In this document: one piece after another, positions 22,631-32,152 of the stretch
How positions within the stretch are numbered: the first letter of the stretch is position 1
How the letters are laid out: the number at the start of each line of letters is the position of its first letter
NCBI GenBank assembly: GCA_041571435.1
Contig: JBFFUI010000002.1
Coordinates: forward strand, 76,266 to 140,265
DNA: 64,000 nucleotides
Reading direction: 5' to 3'
From: Sulfurimonadaceae bacterium
Lineage (GTDB): Bacteria > Campylobacterota > Campylobacteria > Campylobacterales > Sulfurimonadaceae
Program-made: the position numbers and the translations under genes
The notes under the pieces: generated by a model
The model's database searches: none
The model's input: the letters and a program-made list of their open reading frames with translations, nothing else
What the model was told of the DNA's origin: nothing

Positions 22631-23479
22631 TCACAGTTCAAGGACAAAATCCCGTCTCAAAAGATATCCCAGACCGTAAACAAACAGCCACAAAGCCACT
22701 AGAGGAATGATTATCGTGTTAATGATAAAAACGGTGATCAAACGGATAATACTATCCATCGCATCATTGAATTTTTCAATTAACTCTCCGACACTTCTTT
22801 TGAGCTCATCTTTATACGCTTCATAGGTTTTTGAGACATTTAACGCATCCATAAATGAACGCTCTTCCTGCCTTTCGGTCTGTTTGATTTGCACCTCTTC
22901 TATGATGACCCCGACCTCATCGGAGGTCTTGGCAACCTCACGGAATGCATGTTCATATTTGGGTTCCAGTATCTGGGTATAGACCGCTTCGTTCATCATC
23001 ACCAGCAGCGGTACAGAAAACCGTAATACTGTCAGGACAACCAGCACTTTGAAACTCGACTCGATACGCCAAGGCAGTTTGAACTTCGGCAACCAAAGCT
23101 GCAGAATGAAAAGCAGTGCCACAGCACTGAACACTGCTTTAAAAAGTACCGTCTTTCCAAAATGGAGCATCACCTCCTGAACACCGATCGAGACGGAACT
23201 CATCAACATCACCCAGGAAAAACGTTCGACCATGTCATTGATGGGATCAAGAAGCTGACCGGGAGTGAAGGTCGCACCTAGACCGGCAGGCGTGACATTG
23301 ACTTCCGTTCCCTGCGCGAAGGAGACCAGTCCGTTAAGCCCTCTGGCAACAGCGAAGGTCGTCAAAGAACGGACCAATGCGGTGTCAAGCTGCTCAGAAC
23401 TTTTGACATCCAGTGTCTCTAAAAGAGAAAGTGCGACAATACATACCGATACAACGGTGAAGGCTATTTTTTTAATCAT
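22631..23479 (-). CDS. Hypothetical membrane protein
   Basis: 282-aa ORF with several TM helices. Confidence 0.75.
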   Translation of the reverse strand: MIKKIAFTVVSVCIVALSLLETLDVKSSEQLDTALVRSLTTFAVARGLNGLVSFAQGTEVNVTPAGLGATFTPGQLLDPINDMVERFSWVMLMSSVSIGVQEVMLHFGKTVLFKAVFSAVALLFILQLWLPKFKLPWRIESSFKVLVVLTVLRFSVPLLVMMNEAVYTQILEPKYEHAFREVAKTSDEVGVIIEEVQIKQTERQEERSFMDALNVSKTYEAYKDELKRSVGELIEKFNDAMDSIIRLITVFIINTIIIPLVALWLFVYGLGYLLRRDFVLEL

Positions 23480-23593
23480 AAACTATTGTAACAGAGTCGA
23501 TCACTCTTTTACAAGTCACAAGAGCATTGGATAGGCTATTTTTGTCTCTGTATATCAGATTTGCGTAACTTTTAGCAGACCCTATGGTGTCGC

Positions 23594-23908
23594 TTAGGCT
23601 TCCGTGTCTGAACCGGTATCCGGCGTCTTTTCTTGTCGCATGCTCGCTTTTGCAATAATCTCGACATAACATGCATCCCACTCCGCTTCACGCGCACTGT
23701 CCAATGCAGCGATTATCTCGGATGCTGAAAGCACCTGTGCCTCCTCGCTGCTGCGCCCAAAACGGCAATTAAAATCCCAATATACGGCATCTTCGGGCAG
23801 TTTTTTCTTACGCTCGCGTTTAAGGTATTTTCGGACTTCATATTTGACAGCCTCGAGCAGACGATCCGGGTTTCTGTTCTCTTGTTTCAGTTTAAATGTT
23901 TTTTTCAA
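23594..23908 (-). CDS. Small conserved protein (DUF6172-like)
   Basis: MKKTFKL...RKYLKRERKKKLP..WDFNCRFG..YVEIIAK pattern. Confidence 0.7.
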   Translation of the reverse strand: MKKTFKLKQENRNPDRLLEAVKYEVRKYLKRERKKKLPEDAVYWDFNCRFGRSSEEAQVLSASEIIAALDSAREAEWDACYVEIIAKASMRQEKTPDTGSDTEA

Positions 23909-24164
23909 TGTATGCCTTTATTTTGCTAATTGTACATAAGTTTCTCTTTACTTGTTGTACCAAAGTGCCTATTTGCAGAGTCCATGCATAATCTGTTTTA
24001 TAGTCGCCCGGATGATTCTTTATTTTGAACGACCTCTAGTGTGAAGTATGAAAATTTGTTACTAAATGCTACAACTTCATAGTTTATATTCGATCTTCCT
24101 GCCAGCAGTGTTCTACCTAACATATTTTCAACTATTATAAATTCAAATAACCAAAGGAATTCAC

Positions 24165-24449
24165 ATGAAAAAAGTGATTATTACAACTCTTATTCTGGCT
24201 GCTACAGCTTCAGTCGCATCTGCCGATGCTTATGCTAAATGTGTCACTTGCCATGGTGCAGCAGGTGAAAAATCTGCTCTTAACAAAAGCAAGATCATCA
24301 AAGACATGTCAAAAGCAGAGATCGTTGCAGCCCTGAACGGGTACAAAGACGGTTCATACGGCGGCCCAATGAAAGGCGTTATGAAAGGTCAGGTTGCGGC
24401 GTTGAGCGATGCAGACATTCAAGCGATCGCAGAGAAGATCGGCAAATAA
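24165..24449 (+). CDS. Periplasmic cytochrome c553
   Basis: Signal peptide, CVTCH heme motif, YGGPMKGVM axial Met. Confidence 0.92.
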   Translation: MKKVIITTLILAATASVASADAYAKCVTCHGAAGEKSALNKSKIIKDMSKAEIVAALNGYKDGSYGGPMKGVMKGQVAALSDADIQAIAEKIGK

Positions 24450-24459
24450 TCACATCCAT

Positions 24460-24481
24460 ATGACAGCACTCCCGCTGTCAT
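24460..24481. terminator. Hairpin after cytochrome c553
   Basis: ATGACAGC-actccc-GCTGTCAT. Confidence 0.5.
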
Positions 24482-24556
24482 CTTACTCCCTCCCACATAC
24501 AATCACAAAACATTTTTAATAGATATTTCGCTGCTGCAAACAATCAATATCATCCA

Positions 24557-24943
24557 TTACGACTCAAAACCATACTTTTCAAACAGCCCCAGCAGCTCCT
24601 CTGTCTCCAAAGGACCGATATGACGATAGACTTCGGTGCCGCTCTTATCATAGATGATCTGTGTCGGGATCATGCGCACCTGAAGCTGTTGCGCTACATG
24701 ACGCTCTTTTTTAACGTTGATAAAGGCTATCTGATACCTGCTGTGTTTCTGTTTGACTTTGTAAAGTAGTTTTCCCATTATGATGCAGCTGCGGCAACTG
24801 TCAGAACCTATCTCCAGAAGATATGGCTTCCCCTTGCCGATACTTGACTTAACATAGATGTACGGTGTCTCTTTGAGCATCGGTTCGTCTGCCGATACAT
24901 GCAATGCAAAGCCAACCCATAATAATAAAAGTACTCTCTTCAT
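24557..24943 (-). CDS. Exported thioredoxin-family protein
   Basis: Signal peptide, CRSC motif, cis-Pro IPT. Confidence 0.85.
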   Translation of the reverse strand: MKRVLLLLWVGFALHVSADEPMLKETPYIYVKSSIGKGKPYLLEIGSDSCRSCIIMGKLLYKVKQKHSRYQIAFINVKKERHVAQQLQVRMIPTQIIYDKSGTEVYRHIGPLETEELLGLFEKYGFES

Positions 24944-24971
24944 AACGTCTCCTTAAATAATAATTGCAATC

Positions 24972-25673
24972 TTACAACTGCAAATAGGCCTGATAGCCAA
25001 AATAGAACGCAAACCCTATCAACATCAGTGCAAAACCCCGGTTAAGGTAGGTCGATAGTCTTGCAAGGGTAGTGTTCGAGGTAAGATTCTGTGCAAAACC
25101 GACTGATACCCCTGCGCCCAAGAGCAGAAGCGAATGTCCGAATGCAAAGGTCAGGATAAGCCCGTACGCGTAGACATACCCGCTGTTTGCCGCGACGGTG
25201 ACGATGGCCACAAGCGGCGCAGAAGCGCAAGGGGTACTGACCAGACCAAAGATGATACCGATAAGGAACCCGCCGAAAAGACGGTATTTTATAAGATGCT
25301 GCATGATGGACGATTTGTCCACTTCGCCGAGCAGCCCCCAAGCATAGAGCCCGATCAAAAGGCTCATAAGTGCGGCGACTATGTAGGCCCACATCGGTGC
25401 GATGGAAAAGAAGCCGCCGAACTTAGCAACGATATACCCTAAAATAGAGAAACTCAGCATCACACCGAAGGCAAAAAGTGTGGCAAATGCATAGGTATAT
25501 AGCACACGCTTTCGGCCTTCAAGGTCCTTGTTTACTGCAACGGCACTTCCCACTAGAAGCGGCACCGAGATCAGTGAACACGGGGCCACTGCCGTAATGC
25601 TGCCGGCACCGAATGCGCCTATAAATGCCAAAACAGAGTGAGACTCAAGCAGTGCCAGTATAGTCTCTTGCAC
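24972..25673 (-). CDS. ccdA: CcdA/DsbD-type transmembrane disulfide reductase
   Basis: About 6 TM helices with APC and TPC cysteines. Confidence 0.85.
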   Translation of the reverse strand: MQETILALLESHSVLAFIGAFGAGSITAVAPCSLISVPLLVGSAVAVNKDLEGRKRVLYTYAFATLFAFGVMLSFSILGYIVAKFGGFFSIAPMWAYIVAALMSLLIGLYAWGLLGEVDKSSIMQHLIKYRLFGGFLIGIIFGLVSTPCASAPLVAIVTVAANSGYVYAYGLILTFAFGHSLLLLGAGVSVGFAQNLTSNTTLARLSTYLNRGFALMLIGFAFYFGYQAYLQL

Positions 25674-25675
25674 GT

Positions 25676-25912
25676 CTATCCGTTGATGTAGGCCAGGACT
25701 TCATCGACACTGAGCACCTTGCCGGTACTGACAACCTTGCCGTCGATCACAAGACCCGGCGTGCTTACGACCTGATACTCCATGATCTTCATGATGTCAT
25801 CCACTTTTTCAAGCTGAACAAACTTACCGCTTTTGGCGATCGCCTCTTTGACCACTTTTTCAAGTGTAATACACTTGGCACAGCCTGTACCCAATACCTC
25901 TATTTTCATCAC
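25676..25912 (-). CDS. Small redox-active disulfide protein (MTH895/thioredoxin-like)
   Basis: KIEVLGTGCAKC...STPGLVIDG. Confidence 0.9.
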   Translation of the reverse strand: MMKIEVLGTGCAKCITLEKVVKEAIAKSGKFVQLEKVDDIMKIMEYQVVSTPGLVIDGKVVSTGKVLSVDEVLAYING

Positions 25913-26172
25913 TTATCCTCATCTGTTTTTAAAAGACACTCTTGCATCATCGGTGCGATCGTATCGGCATCAATGTCCCCTGAAACGGTGATATTTGTCT
26001 CATTCGCACTGCCGCTGACCTCGATCTTATCGATCTTTTTCATCATCTCGGGATCACAGGCACATTCGCATGTTCCCTCTTGGCACGCTTCGATCTTGGC
26101 GCTGATATCCTCTTTCTTGAAGCCCGTCAGCGTCGCAGTGACACCTTTTTTTGTGTTGTTGATTGTAAACAT
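25909..26172 (-). CDS. Small Cys-rich hypothetical protein
   Basis: 87 aa, CQEGTCECAC cluster; overlaps the downstream ars-operon gene. Confidence 0.7.
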   Translation of the reverse strand: MFTINNTKKGVTATLTGFKKEDISAKIEACQEGTCECACDPEMMKKIDKIEVSGSANETNITVSGDIDADTIAPMMQECLLKTDEDK

Positions 26173-26182
26173 TGTTCTTCCT

Positions 26183-27127
26183 TTATAATATAAGATTAAA
26201 GAGATAGCCGATCGCTATGATCCCGCTACCGACGATCGCGAAAAAGACCCCGATCAACTTGAGCGAGATCACCTTTTTCAGGATCAGCGCCTCGGGAAGG
26301 CTCAATGCCGTCACCGCCATCATAAAACTCAGGGCCGTCCCGAGCAGCATCCCTTTGGACGTCAACACCTCCACAAGGGGCATGACACCGGCTGCGTTTG
26401 AGTACATCGGAATACCCATGATCACCGCGATGATGACGGCGAACGGGTTGCCCTCGCCTGTATACTGTGCGATAAAATTGGTCGGGATATAGCCATGTAT
26501 CCACGCACCGACACCGACACCGAGCACTACGTAGAGGTAGATCTTTTTAAAGATGTCAAACGAGTAATCCCATGCCTCTTTGACACGTGCTTTGAAACTC
26601 AGTTTGACCAACCCTGCCTGCAGCTTCTCGTCGATCGGTTTGACATCGAGTACTATCTCTTTTTCCATCTGCAATTTGCCGATAAGCATCCCGCCAAAGA
26701 TAGCGACAGTGAGTCCAAAGCCGATATAGATGGCCGTCACTTTCCACCCGAACAGCCCGAACAGCATCGCGATCGCGATCTCATTGTTCATCGGCGCTGA
26801 GATAAGGTAACTGAAGGTAACGCCAAGCGGAATCCTTGCCTGTATAAACCCTAAAAAGAGCGGTATAGCACTGCAGGAACAAAACGGGGTGATGATCCCG
26901 AAAAGCGATGCACCGACATGGCCGTAAAACGCCGACTTTCCCTGAAGGTGGGCGCGCACATACTCGGTGTTGAACCAGGTACGCAAAAAAGAGACGGCGA
27001 AGATAATGGTAATGAGCAGAAACCAGATCTTGACCGTGTCGTAGATAAAAAAGTGCAGGGCATCGCCAAGTTGACCTTCCAGCCCCAATACACCGTTGAC
27101 AAATCGTCCGCTTAGCTCATGCCACAT
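26183..27127 (-). CDS. arsP: ArsP-type (DUF318) permease
   Basis: ITPFCSCSAIP, GIPMYSN, ALSLPE motifs; in ars operon. Confidence 0.85.
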   Translation of the reverse strand: MWHELSGRFVNGVLGLEGQLGDALHFFIYDTVKIWFLLITIIFAVSFLRTWFNTEYVRAHLQGKSAFYGHVGASLFGIITPFCSCSAIPLFLGFIQARIPLGVTFSYLISAPMNNEIAIAMLFGLFGWKVTAIYIGFGLTVAIFGGMLIGKLQMEKEIVLDVKPIDEKLQAGLVKLSFKARVKEAWDYSFDIFKKIYLYVVLGVGVGAWIHGYIPTNFIAQYTGEGNPFAVIIAVIMGIPMYSNAAGVMPLVEVLTSKGMLLGTALSFMMAVTALSLPEALILKKVISLKLIGVFFAIVGSGIIAIGYLFNLIL

Positions 27128-27143
27128 CTTGACCCCGTTTCAA

Positions 27144-27557
27144 TTATTTTGAGCAGAGCTCTGCTTTGACGATCGGCAGAAGCTCCGCCTCGATAAGGTT
27201 CAAGGTCTTTTCATACTCCTCGACCGCTTTACCGCTCGGGTCATCAAACCCGACATGGATCGTCTTGACCGCTTTTGGAAAAACGGGACAGGTCTCTTTG
27301 GCATGGTCGCACACCGTGACAATAAGGTCGAACGGTGTATCCAGGACCGTCTCGATCACCTTGGAATGATAATCTTCCCGCCAATACCCTTTTGATTCCA
27401 ATAGCGCCTGGGCATTGGGGTTCACCTTTCCGCTCGCTTTCACACCCGAGCTCTGTGCTTCGACGCAGTCACCCAGCTTCGCATTGATAAGGGCTTCTCC
27501 CATGATCGAGCGGCAACTGTTCCCTGTACACAGGATTAAAACGTTTTTTTTCTTCAT
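27144..27557 (-). CDS. arsC: Thioredoxin-coupled arsenate reductase
   Basis: CTGNSCRS P-loop, TVCD...CPVFP, FDDP; ATGA overlap with arsR. Confidence 0.9.
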   Translation of the reverse strand: MKKKNVLILCTGNSCRSIMGEALINAKLGDCVEAQSSGVKASGKVNPNAQALLESKGYWREDYHSKVIETVLDTPFDLIVTVCDHAKETCPVFPKAVKTIHVGFDDPSGKAVEEYEKTLNLIEAELLPIVKAELCSK

Positions 27558-27877
27558 ACTTTGCACCCTTCTGTTTCTGACATTTTTTTCAGCGGCGGCA
27601 GATCGATACCGAGGTGTTTGATCTCTTCCAACGCTTCACGTCTGAAGCGATCAAGGGGAGTGCGTATCGAGTAATACGCCCATGTCCCTCTACGTTCGAC
27701 ACGCAGGAATCCCGCCTCTTTCAAGATCTTCAGATGACGCGACAGACGCGACTGGATCATGCCCAGGGACGCCTGCATGTCGCAAACACACAAACTGCCG
27801 TGTTTGTCTATAAAACGCAAGAGTAACACACGGGTCTCGTCATTGAGCGCCGAAATACTTTTTAAAAAGATATCCAT
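27554..27877 (-). CDS. arsR: ArsR/SmtB family repressor (start ATG 27877)
   Basis: LCVCD metal-binding box, QSRLSRHLKIL HTH; AAGGAG RBS upstream. Confidence 0.92.
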   Translation of the reverse strand: MDIFLKSISALNDETRVLLLRFIDKHGSLCVCDMQASLGMIQSRLSRHLKILKEAGFLRVERRGTWAYYSIRTPLDRFRREALEEIKHLGIDLPPLKKMSETEGCKV

Positions 27878-27914
27878 CTGCCTCTCCTTGTAAATAAAAG
27901 TATACCGGATTATA

Positions 27915-27946
27915 ATCATTATATCAAGATAGGTTGATATAATGAT
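27915..27946. promoter_or_regulatory. Probable ArsR operator
   Basis: Perfect 13-bp inverted repeat ATCATTATATCAA-gatagg-TTGATATAATGAT directly upstream of arsR. Confidence 0.75.
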
Positions 27947-28025
27947 CTTATTTCTCAAAACCGTTAGGTAAAAGCCTCTTATTAAAATAAGATTATAATA
28001 GGCATCTATGCAAAAAGAGGCTGCT

Positions 28026-28475
28026 ATGTATAAACACTTATTACTACTTATATTTATCGCTACGGTTGGAAGCGCCGACACAAAACAGATCTCCTATGAC
28101 AACTACCTCACTTCATTTACCTATGAAGAGCGCAAAGCGATGAAGATCAACAGTGTTGAACTGACGGTAATGCTGGAAGAAGGAGAAGCGCAACTGGTTG
28201 ACATCCGTTTTAAAGAGGAGTTTGAGGCCTGGCATATGAAAGGGGCTCTCAACATCCCTCTGAACGAGCTTCCAAAGCGTCTCAACGAACTCGACAGAAC
28301 GAAAGTGATCGTCACGGCGTGTCCACACAAAGACCGGGCCATCATGGCACGCACTTTCCTAAAGCTCAAAGGCTTTGAGACACGCTACCTCGTGGATGGG
28401 CTAATAGGGCTTGCCGACTATTGGCGCGGCGATAGTGCCAGAGAGTTTATCGATGAGCTGCACAAGGTAAAATAG
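28026..28475 (+). CDS. Exported rhodanese-like protein
   Basis: Signal peptide, LVDIR..EF...H, active-site ACPHKDRA; AAGAGG RBS before ATG 28026. Confidence 0.88.
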   Translation: MYKHLLLLIFIATVGSADTKQISYDNYLTSFTYEERKAMKINSVELTVMLEEGEAQLVDIRFKEEFEAWHMKGALNIPLNELPKRLNELDRTKVIVTACPHKDRAIMARTFLKLKGFETRYLVDGLIGLADYWRGDSAREFIDELHKVK

Positions 28476-28481
28476 CGTCGT

Positions 28482-28874
28482 TCAAATCGTAAAGTTCGAA
28501 AATGCGGCTTCGACACTCAAGGCACTTTTGTAACGTGTCGGCATCAATTTCACATGCTTCGTCTTCAAGTCACAAACAGCGATACGAAAATTTGACCCCA
28601 TAAATGGCTCCACGATACAGATGATCTTATCACCGATCTGCCGCGTTGTATGGATGTTGCCTTGGAGGTTGTGGAAAAAATATTTCGGATATGTCAGCGG
28701 TGTAATCTCGACGATCTCAACGCTCTTTCGTTGGTCAAGGCTCTCGGCAATAAGCGCAGCATCTTCGTAGTTGTCAAAGTGGACACACCAATCGTCAAAG
28801 GTTTTGTTAAAGTGGTCCAGGTCTTCATCCAAAAAGCCGCCCGCCGGCGATTGCAACGCGAAGATACTCATCAT
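28482..28874 (-). CDS. Hypothetical protein
   Basis: 130-aa ORF with AAGG RBS, non-overlapping. Confidence 0.7.
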   Translation of the reverse strand: MMSIFALQSPAGGFLDEDLDHFNKTFDDWCVHFDNYEDAALIAESLDQRKSVEIVEITPLTYPKYFFHNLQGNIHTTRQIGDKIICIVEPFMGSNFRIAVCDLKTKHVKLMPTRYKSALSVEAAFSNFTI

Positions 28875-29204
28875 ATATGCCTTAAAAGGAGTTCCATAGC
28901 GACAGCAGCCTACTGTTCTCTATACTCATAATCTTTATCGAATTATAGTACATGAGTCTTTCAACTTTACACATTGAGCTGAAAACAAATTGGATATCAA
29001 AGGATTATATAAATAAGAGAAGATGGCCAAACAGCACCCTGTACACTGGTGCCGTCTATAGTAGTTGATTTTCTGAAACATTATGAAATAACTTACAGTA
29101 GGTAGATCAAGGTTGGTATGACAAATTACATATTTGTTAAATACAAGAAAATCGTTTTAACATTGGTAAAATTAAATTGTGTGGGAAAATAATCTTGGAA
29201 GTAA

Positions 29205-29281
29205 TGGTGCGCCCGGAGCGATTCGAACGCCCGACCGCTGGTACCGCAAACCAGTGCTCTATCCAGCTGAGCTACGAGCGC
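29205..29281 (-). tRNA. tRNA-Arg (anticodon GCG)
   Basis: Reverse complement GCGCTCG TAGCTCAGCTGGATAGAGC A CTGGT-TT GCG GT-ACCAG ... GTTCGAATC ... CGGGCGC ACCA; 77 nt with encoded CCA. Confidence 0.96.
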
Positions 29282-29364
29282 ACACCATCTCTGTTAAGAG
29301 GCCGAAATTATATGCAATTGTTCCTTAGACGAAGCTAAGGCTGAAGACATTTTACAAAATATGT

Positions 29365-30225
29365 CTAAAATGCCATATGGTCGACTATGATGAGCGCTAA
29401 AAAGATGATGCCTAGATAGCCGTTGATGGTGAAAAAAGCACGGTCTATCTTGGTAAAATCCTTACGTACCAGGTAATGTTCATACGAGAGCATCACGGCA
29501 CTGAATACGACTGCCAGCCACGCAAAATTGCCCAGTTCAGCACTCCAGACAAACAGTGCCCAGAAAAGAAGGGCAAGCAGATGGAAGAGTGTTGAGATCA
29601 GCATCGTTACCTCTGCTCCATACTTGGAAGGAATAGAGTGCAGACCATGTCTTACATCAAAGTCGATATCCTGTAGTGAATACAAGAGATCAAATCCAGC
29701 AACCCAGAACATCACACCGATACTCAGCAGGACTGTCCAGAGGGGAATGGCCGCTTCTACTGCGATCGAACCCGCTATGGGTGCAAGACCAAGCGAGAGA
29801 CCGAGTACGATATGGGCCCAGGAACTAAAACGTTTAAAGTAGGAGTATGAGCCCAGGACGAGAAGCATCGGAAAGCTCAGATAAAAAGCAAGGTCATTGA
29901 TCATGTACGCCACTGCAACAAACACTATGGCGTTGACAACAGTAAAGACGAAGATCGAACTGGCATCCAAGCGTCCGTCAACACTCGGACGATTTTGCGT
30001 CCGCGGGTTCTCCGCATCAAACGCTCTGTCAGCATAGCGGTTCAGTCCCATCGCAAAATTACGGGCAGTGATCGCCGCTAGGACACCTAAAAAAAGAAGC
30101 CCGAAACCAAACCAACCTTTAGCTGAGACGATCATGGCGATAAAAATAAAAGGGAGAGAGAAGATGGAGTGTTGGAACATCACCAGTTCATTAAAATACT
30201 TAAGTCGTTGAAACATTCTTTGCAA
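29365..30225 (-). CDS. mqnP: UbiA-family menaquinone prenyltransferase (futalosine pathway)
   Basis: NRYADRAFDAENPRT, YSYFKRF, GFDLLYSLQD. Confidence 0.88.
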   Translation of the reverse strand: MQRMFQRLKYFNELVMFQHSIFSLPFIFIAMIVSAKGWFGFGLLFLGVLAAITARNFAMGLNRYADRAFDAENPRTQNRPSVDGRLDASSIFVFTVVNAIVFVAVAYMINDLAFYLSFPMLLVLGSYSYFKRFSSWAHIVLGLSLGLAPIAGSIAVEAAIPLWTVLLSIGVMFWVAGFDLLYSLQDIDFDVRHGLHSIPSKYGAEVTMLISTLFHLLALLFWALFVWSAELGNFAWLAVVFSAVMLSYEHYLVRKDFTKIDRAFFTINGYLGIIFLALIIVDHMAF

Positions 30226-30305
30226 CTATGATCTCCTTGGCAACACATCGTTTTTGTAGGCATATTTTAGCGTAATTCAATAGCGCATGCTCTGTTTTTG
30301 GCTTC

Positions 30306-31185
30306 TTATCTATCCATGCTGTTTTGTTCGTAAAAATGCATTTCACTGTTAAACGGAATGCGTCCGTCCAACGCAGTGTCCATCGTGCTAAGAAGATCCG
30401 CTTTTACCTGTGGGAGATGGATGCACTCTACATGACCAGCTCCCTCGACGATCCACAATGCTTTGGGCTCTTTTGCCTTTATATAGAGATCGACCGAGTT
30501 GCTCGGTTCTATGATCTCATCGTTAAGCCCCACCATAAAGAGCATCGGTGTTGCCGGTTTATCGACAAAGTCTATGGAGTCAACGCCTTACGGCGTGAAC
30601 ACTTCCGGAACCCAGATCCACGGCCACTATAGAATATACTTTTTCATCAAATCCTTCCCTGTCGATGCAAAGCCTCTCATCGTCGAATCGATGACGAGCA
30701 TTCTGACGTAGGGGTACCGCTTTTTTGCCGCAGCATCGATGACGAACGATCCGCCCATCGACTGGCCGACAAGAACCATCGGGGAGATCCTTGTTCAATA
30801 GATGTGCGTATTCGATAGCCGAACTGACATCATCGACAAAACCGAACATATCGACCTCACCCGAGGACTCACCGTAGCCGCGGTAGTCAAAAATGAACAG
30901 GTCATACCCTTGTTCAGGAAGCCATGTCCACGCTTTGAAACGTTCCGACATGTTAAAAATCATATCATTCGCTACAACGACAACACCCTTTGACGGCCCG
31001 TTTGAGTTGAACAGCCAGCCCCTCAGCAGCGCCCCATGCGAGCTCTCAAAATAGAACTCTTGGTAACCATACGCATAGTTCACAGGTGAATCATACGCCT
31101 TGGTGTCTGCGGGGAAAATGGCATTTTTGCTGCAACCGCTCATAAGCGTCACGATAATAAACGATGATAACAGATATTTTAACAT
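30306..31185 (-). pseudogene. Disrupted alpha/beta-hydrolase lipoprotein
   Basis: Lipobox MSGC, DYRGYGES; nucleophile GQSMGG restored only after a frameshift at the G-run 30781-30784; in-frame stops at 30627-30629 and 30588-30590; C-terminal DEII...GAGH in ORF 30306-30545. Confidence 0.85.
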
Positions 31186-31248
31186 GCAATATTCTATCGC
31201 AAAACCGTGCGGCTGTATCTTACCCCGTATATCTGTTATAATTTCGCC

Positions 31249-32139
31249 ATGAAACAGATCGCAATCATCGGTCCTACTGCCTCGGGTAAAAGTGACCTTG
31301 CCATAGAGATGGCACTCAGACACAATGCCTATATCCTCTCAATCGATTCACTCAGTATCTATAAAGAGATCGATATCGCCTCGGCCAAGCCGACAGTCGC
31401 TGAATTGGCAAAGGTAAAGCATTTCGGTATCGATGTGCTCTACCCTGACGAGCACTTCAGTGTCGCTATCTTCATTGAGCTGTATCAAAAAGTGGTCAAT
31501 GAAGCCCGAAAAGATGGTAAAAACCTTATTATTGTGGGTGGTACAAGTTTCTATCTGAAGAGTCTGATCAGCGGCCTTTCCGAACTGCCGGATTACACGC
31601 AATCAACCATAACACAGGTAGAAAAGATGCTACTGGATCTGCCATCGGCCTATGCATATCTTGTCGATATCGACAGCGATTACATGCAGGCCATAGAGCC
31701 TACCGATGCCTACCGCATTGAGAAGATGCTGTTGCTGGTTATAGAGAGTAAGATGAGCCCGACCGCTTGGTTTGCAGCACACCCGCCGAAGCCGGTCGTC
31801 ACGTCACTAGATATCTTCAATATTGATGTGGAACGCGACGTGCTTCGCCAACGCATTGTCAAACGTACCCACAATATGGCCGAATCCGGACTGATCGATG
31901 AAGTAACAATGCTGGAACATAAATACGGCAGGAACCATAATGCGATGAAAGCGATCGGGATTATCGAGGTACTGGAGTATCTGGACGGAGAGTGTTCCAA
32001 AGAGGCGATGGTCGAAAATATCATCACCCATACGGCCCAGCTGGCAAAACGCCAGCAGACCTTTAACAGAACACAGTTTCCAGCGACCGTCTCGGCCGAA
32101 CTTGATGCTCTGCCAAGACTGATTGACAACGCCTTTTAG
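31249..32139 (+). CDS. miaA: tRNA dimethylallyltransferase
   Basis: GPTASGKS, DSLSIY, VGGTSFY, AKRQQTF. Confidence 0.95.
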   Translation: MKQIAIIGPTASGKSDLAIEMALRHNAYILSIDSLSIYKEIDIASAKPTVAELAKVKHFGIDVLYPDEHFSVAIFIELYQKVVNEARKDGKNLIIVGGTSFYLKSLISGLSELPDYTQSTITQVEKMLLDLPSAYAYLVDIDSDYMQAIEPTDAYRIEKMLLLVIESKMSPTAWFAAHPPKPVVTSLDIFNIDVERDVLRQRIVKRTHNMAESGLIDEVTMLEHKYGRNHNAMKAIGIIEVLEYLDGECSKEAMVENIITHTAQLAKRQQTFNRTQFPATVSAELDALPRLIDNAF

Positions 32140-32152
32140 CGTTTTGTCTGTT

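Noticed and set aside
27878-28081. 68-aa N-terminal extension of ArsR in the ORF track
   Set aside because: It spans the operator and the divergent rhodanese start; the RBS supports ATG 27877.
22600-29281. tRNA-Arg-anchored genomic island carrying the ars operon
   Set aside because: No duplicated tRNA 3' end or adjacent integrase was found by eye.
30580-30790. Programmed recoding (readthrough or frameshift) of the hydrolase
   Set aside because: It would need a frameshift plus TAG and TAA readthrough; decay or assembly error is simpler.
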